From Psammoneis japonica (lineage: Eukaryota): a stretch of DNA of 64,000 nt. Positions 59,701 through 64,000 of this stretch are shown here, one piece after another (the first letter of the stretch is position 1; each line of letters opens with the position of its first letter). The stretch is from the NCBI GenBank assembly GCA_008632985.1, contig QPGO01000012.1:62001-126000 (forward strand). The letters are read 5' to 3'. The translations under genes and the position numbers were made by a program. The notes below the pieces were generated by a model. The model was given only the letters and a program-made list of their open reading frames with translations. It made no database searches and was not told the origin of the DNA.

Positions 59701-62700
59701 AATCGAGAGGCTCCTGGCCGGGGACGATACCAGCATCTCGACACAATGTCTCGATCTCAGATACAAGCTGCGAACGAGGTCCAGAAGGAATGATGCCCCA
59801 GCATTGCTTAAGGACCTCGTATCTGTCGCCACTGCAGTCGATTTCGCCTGTGTCAAGATCAACAATTGTGCTGTCTTCTGGGAGGTCTCGTCGTACCATT
59901 GCTGCAAGGCCATCCTGGGTTCCGTCATCGTGTATCCCACGAAAATGGCCCCAGGGAAATCTAAGCACGACATGAACGGCTGAGTAAGACGAGGAACGTA
60001 AGGAGCGCAGAGATCAAAGGGGAAAAGCAACGAGCGAAGCAGCTCGCACCCGTCCAAAACCAAGGATGGCCGCGTGGACATAATTATAACCTTAGTTGCC
60101 GCAAAGAAGATCGAAAAAAAGAGTTAGATTCGAAGTGCAAGGAAACTTTTATTGGAAACATGTCTGAATGTACCTTGCGCTCCAAAGCGAGAAACCTAGT
60201 ACTATTGTGACGATAGTCGGAACATCGAGGCACGCCATTAAGCGATGAAAAGGCAGGTCTACCAGCGGCAAATCTTTGGAAGGTGGAAACTGAAGAACCA
60301 TGGGACCGCCGGTGGAACCACTTAATGTGGGTAATGGAACAAGGATGGATGGTCCACCAGGCTTAGGCACTGGGACAGTCAGTAGCAGATGCGATATCCA
60401 CCTTTCGAGTGGCAGGTCTGATGACGACCCCGACAGTATGTGTAAATGGGAGAGAAACCTACGGAAGGCCGTCCAAAATGGATAGCGGCTTACCAAGCAA
60501 ATAGTCTTGTTTTCAAAGGTTGTCATATCGTCAAAGGCGACAAGGTTGAAACTCTCACTAATCGACGTGTCGTCATCTGTAGACGACGTGTCGGACATGG
60601 CCTTTGAAGCGTCGCTGAATCCTGCACCTTTCTTAGCTGATTCTTCATGTGTAAAACATGTGGATACGCTGGAGCTGTTTGGAGTAGATGGGGGTTGAAC
60701 ATGTCGTCGATTACGCGTTTTTCTGGCGCGTTTTTCGCAGAACCTACGATGTGGGATGGATGTGCGGCATCGTTTCTCAGACATTTTGGTCAGCTGTGCC
60801 TTCTTGGCGGATGTGAGAGGCTCCATGAAAGATACGCACGAAACTAGCAAGAAATGGAAGCACACACAGCATTGAAAGTGAGCACAAGATAAATAAACCA
60901 AACAAAAACAGACTGTACGTACCATGTATGCTATCTCCACGCTCATTCTTGACAACAAATCCGTAGTACTCTGCCAAAGGACAATCGCAAAATTGAGATC
61001 TATACAACCTGCACCCTGTTGGATAACAAAACATGGGAAGCTCCTCCTCTGGAAGGGGTAATCCCTTGTAATTCTTCAACGGGAACCGATCCAAGACGCG
61101 CGTCGCGAATGGAGCATCGGCAAACCCCAACGGGATATTCTTCCTCACCAGGACTATGGGTGTTCCCAATGGCTGAATAGGAAAGCGGCTAATGGCAGGA
61201 TCCAGCTGCGGAGCATTGTTGATTGCTTGAGGAACACCAATGGGAACACCCGTTCGTGTCCACGAAGTCTTCCCGACAATGCTGAAACCCTCATCCTCAT
61301 CGTCCTCTTCTTCTTCTTCTCTTGGTAAAACCGCACCTCCGGAATGATCAGAGAAGGTAACCGCCATTTCTGTCATGGCCGGGTCTTCGTGATATCGTTC
61401 TTCGTCCCCGACACGCTGACGACGCAGAGCGAGGGCCGGTATGTAGAGAAAGTCCTCCTCCAGATCCAAGTCATCTACTTCTGGAAGACGCTCCGGTAGC
61501 AGTTTGGGTATGTACACTTCTGGATCCAGCAAGCCATGTTCATTCTCGTGAGAGAAAAAGATGGATGGCAAATGACTATCCCGTCCTCGCCGCGGAGTAG
61601 TGGCAGTAAAGGCCGTATTCACAACAAAGGCGTTATCGTCCACATCATATGCTTCGACTCCCACTCCCGAGTCGTCACTGAATGATGCATCAGTGTATCC
61701 CAGGCCACCTAGACCGTCTCCGTGAGACAGTAGAACCGTTTTCTTTGAAACCGAATGCGCACTCAACTCATCTGGATTTGGGAATTTCAGCAACTCATAG
61801 TCACTTGGAATGGACCACTCGTCGAAACCTTTTGGCAGAGTAAGAAATTCTTGGAGTGGCAAAAACACAGCATCTGCACCAGCAGCATGCTGAAGCGGTG
61901 ACGATACTTCTTCATTAGAGTCGGGAGACGAGACTTGTTGACCGCGACTAGCAGCAGCGTCCTTTTTATCTATCGCTTCACGATATTTTTCCATAAGTTT
62001 GTAAGTGCCAGTTTCAGCGGCTCGTGCCGCTGTTGCAAAGCCGCGTTTCAGACTAGTAGCTGTGCTCGCGCTGTTATAAGTACCGCCTGACGCAACAGAA
62101 GCCCCATCGTCCGATTTCGTTTTTGATGTTTTTGTCGTGATTGGAACTGCTGCTTCACTGCTAGATGAAAAGCAAAGTGTGGATTTATGAATTCGTACAT
62201 ATCTCAGAGACAAGTCGGCCACCGCCGGACGATCCGTTTCACTTGGATTTCTTCTTCGATATCCCAAGTGAAAGCGCACCGCGTTTCGGTATTCGTGTGG
62301 CTGATCCTTGAAACGATCTTCCACGAGATGACGCAGTGTGTTTGTCATTTTCTTTCCAAGTCCTCTCAATGGAGCACTCTCAACACTATGTCTGCTTTTT
62401 GCCGATCGCTTGGAGTCATTGTCTGTCATTGAAGAAAAAGAAGCTCTCTTAGATAGTTGTCCTCGCAATCCATTAACTGGATCAAGATTGGCATCAAACA
62501 CTTGCTGTTTTGACCAAACCTCGGTGTTTCGGGTATCCGCGTCGGATGCTGACGTGGATGATATCGCCGATTCATTGACACTCGGATAACCACTCGTGGA
62601 CATGGATACAGCTGTGACAGGATCAATGTCTCCTCCTCGTGAAGCGGGACACGTGAGATGCAATATTTGAAATCCCTCCGCCTCGGCATTACTTGTGGGT

Positions 62701-63113
62701 GAAGTGACGGATGCATCTGGATTTGTTGTTGTTGTTGCGTCTGAATTGCTGGGAGAAGTCGTGGAGGAGTATCTATTGGAAGGAACTTCTATTGGAGGAG
62801 GCACAGCTGATTTTTGCGGGTGAGGTACATGCTTTGAAGATGCAACCGATGCCTGATCGTCCGCGTTTGCTGATGTTTCTGGAGTCGATGCAAAAATGGC
62901 AACGTCCACAATTTCACGATAAAATCGTTCCATAAGAGCGGCTTCGTCTTCGACAGCAACGTCTTCTTCATCTTCTTCATTTTCGTCCTTTTCTGGGCTA
63001 TCATTTGCCGGCTGACTCTCATCAACAAGAACATTCTGTTTCTGGGTGTGCTTCCAAATGAGCTCGTCGCCCACTCCCAAGATTGCGAAATAGTCAGCAA
63101 CACCGCCCGTCAT
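56794..63113 (-). CDS. DENN-domain Rab GEF with PPR-like repeats (DENND4-like); multi-exon with several apparent 1-bp frameshifts
   Basis: VADYFAILG, RFPLKNY...LPMFCYPTG, KTICLVSRYPFW, LLFPF...YVPRL, VDLDTG, TQLFQSFI, VVPDEAAYRALMVACG, PSAVTLGQY. Confidence 0.85.
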
Positions 63114-63753
63114 TGTCTAAGTATTGTCGCTTTCAGAAGAAGTGTCGAAACTAAGAATAGCTAGTGATTGTTATTGTCTGCGGTGACGACAAGATGAGTT
63201 CACAATTCACAAACAACGCCATGGCCCAATCTGAATCTGAAATCGAAAATCGAAAAAAGAGGCTCTCCAACCTCCGGGTTCCTACGCATGGTATTTTGCG
63301 CAAGATATCAGATATCCAAGATGAACCCGGAGGTGGAGTTCGATCATATATATTTATTAGGCCCTTAAGGTAATCAAATATACAACTTTCCCTCCGACAA
63401 CATTCGTGCTAGGGCCCTAAACTGAAAACGGCACCATGACGCACTTGCTGATGCACGAGTGCCCGTTGCCGCTGACTCATTCGTTGAGAAACGAGAAGGC
63501 AATCATGCATTCTCAAAGAAGACATAAAAAGAGTTGGAAATATCAACACAGAGCAGAAACGATTTGAAATTTCCACGTGTCCCTGTCGTGAATCTCGCCG
63601 CGTGTCGTTTTTTTGGAAGACGAAGTCTTTCGAAGACACAATTTGATTCTCTGTACTACTACTGAAAGGTCACCAGACGGGCTCATAATTTTCTCAATAG
63701 AGAACATTGCATTAGAATTCGATCCAGAGAAAGCAAGCAGTAGCACGTAAAGA

Positions 63754-64000
63754 ATGAAACTCAACCTTGCGGCAGCAGCAGCAGCAGCGACGGCAGCAAT
63801 TCTCCCGTCCACCACTCTTGGTTACACTCCGGGCGGTGTCTATAGCTTTCGTCGCCCACCTTCTTGCTCCCCTTCTTCGGTTCGTAAGCAACGACAAATG
63901 GTGGATCGTGCGTTCAACGAACTAGCGTCCGAATTTGGTGGTGGCTGTTCTCCTCCTCCAAGAATGTCTTCGGAACAAGTCCGTCGGCAGCAGCAAGAGT
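63754..64000 (+). CDS. 5' part of a gene with signal-peptide-like N-terminus (runs off window; possibly a small heat-shock protein)
   Basis: Open frame MKLNLAAAAAAATAAILPSTTLGY...QMVDRAFNELASEF; product assignment is a guess. Confidence 0.5.
   Translation, partial: MKLNLAAAAAAATAAILPSTTLGYTPGGVYSFRRPPSCSPSSVRKQRQMVDRAFNELASEFGGGCSPPPRMSSEQVRRQQQE

Overview
Eukaryotic DNA with short GT-AG introns and 'AFAP'-type bipartite plastid presequences, most consistent with a pennate diatom (inference). Compact gene blocks encode L-asparaginase, an exostosin-like GT, SR-25/ARL6IP4, an ANKIB1-like RBR ligase, an alpha/beta hydrolase, plastid FabG, pirin, organellar PheRS, DCP2, a Cys/Thr-rich surface protein, an ArsC-like protein, an ArsS-like radical SAM protein and a DENN-PPR protein. 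These alternate with three large repeat-derived blocks (~1.84-5.3, ~17.95-23.45 and ~35.1-51.3 kb). Main signal: these blocks have lost almost all TpA, and to a variable degree CpG, in favour of TpG/CpA. Paired LTRs, tandem copies, a mutated tRNA primer-binding site and Tyr->Cys/His changes in a full-length Copia element all point to directional TpA->TpG/CpA (A-to-G) hypermutation of repeats, the opposite polarity to fungal RIP. Second signal: an ArsS-type radical SAM gene with an in-frame UGA at a family Cys/Sec position and a well-formed 3'UTR SECIS, head-to-head with an ArsC-like gene. Many single-base frameshifts in conserved genes look like assembly consensus errors.
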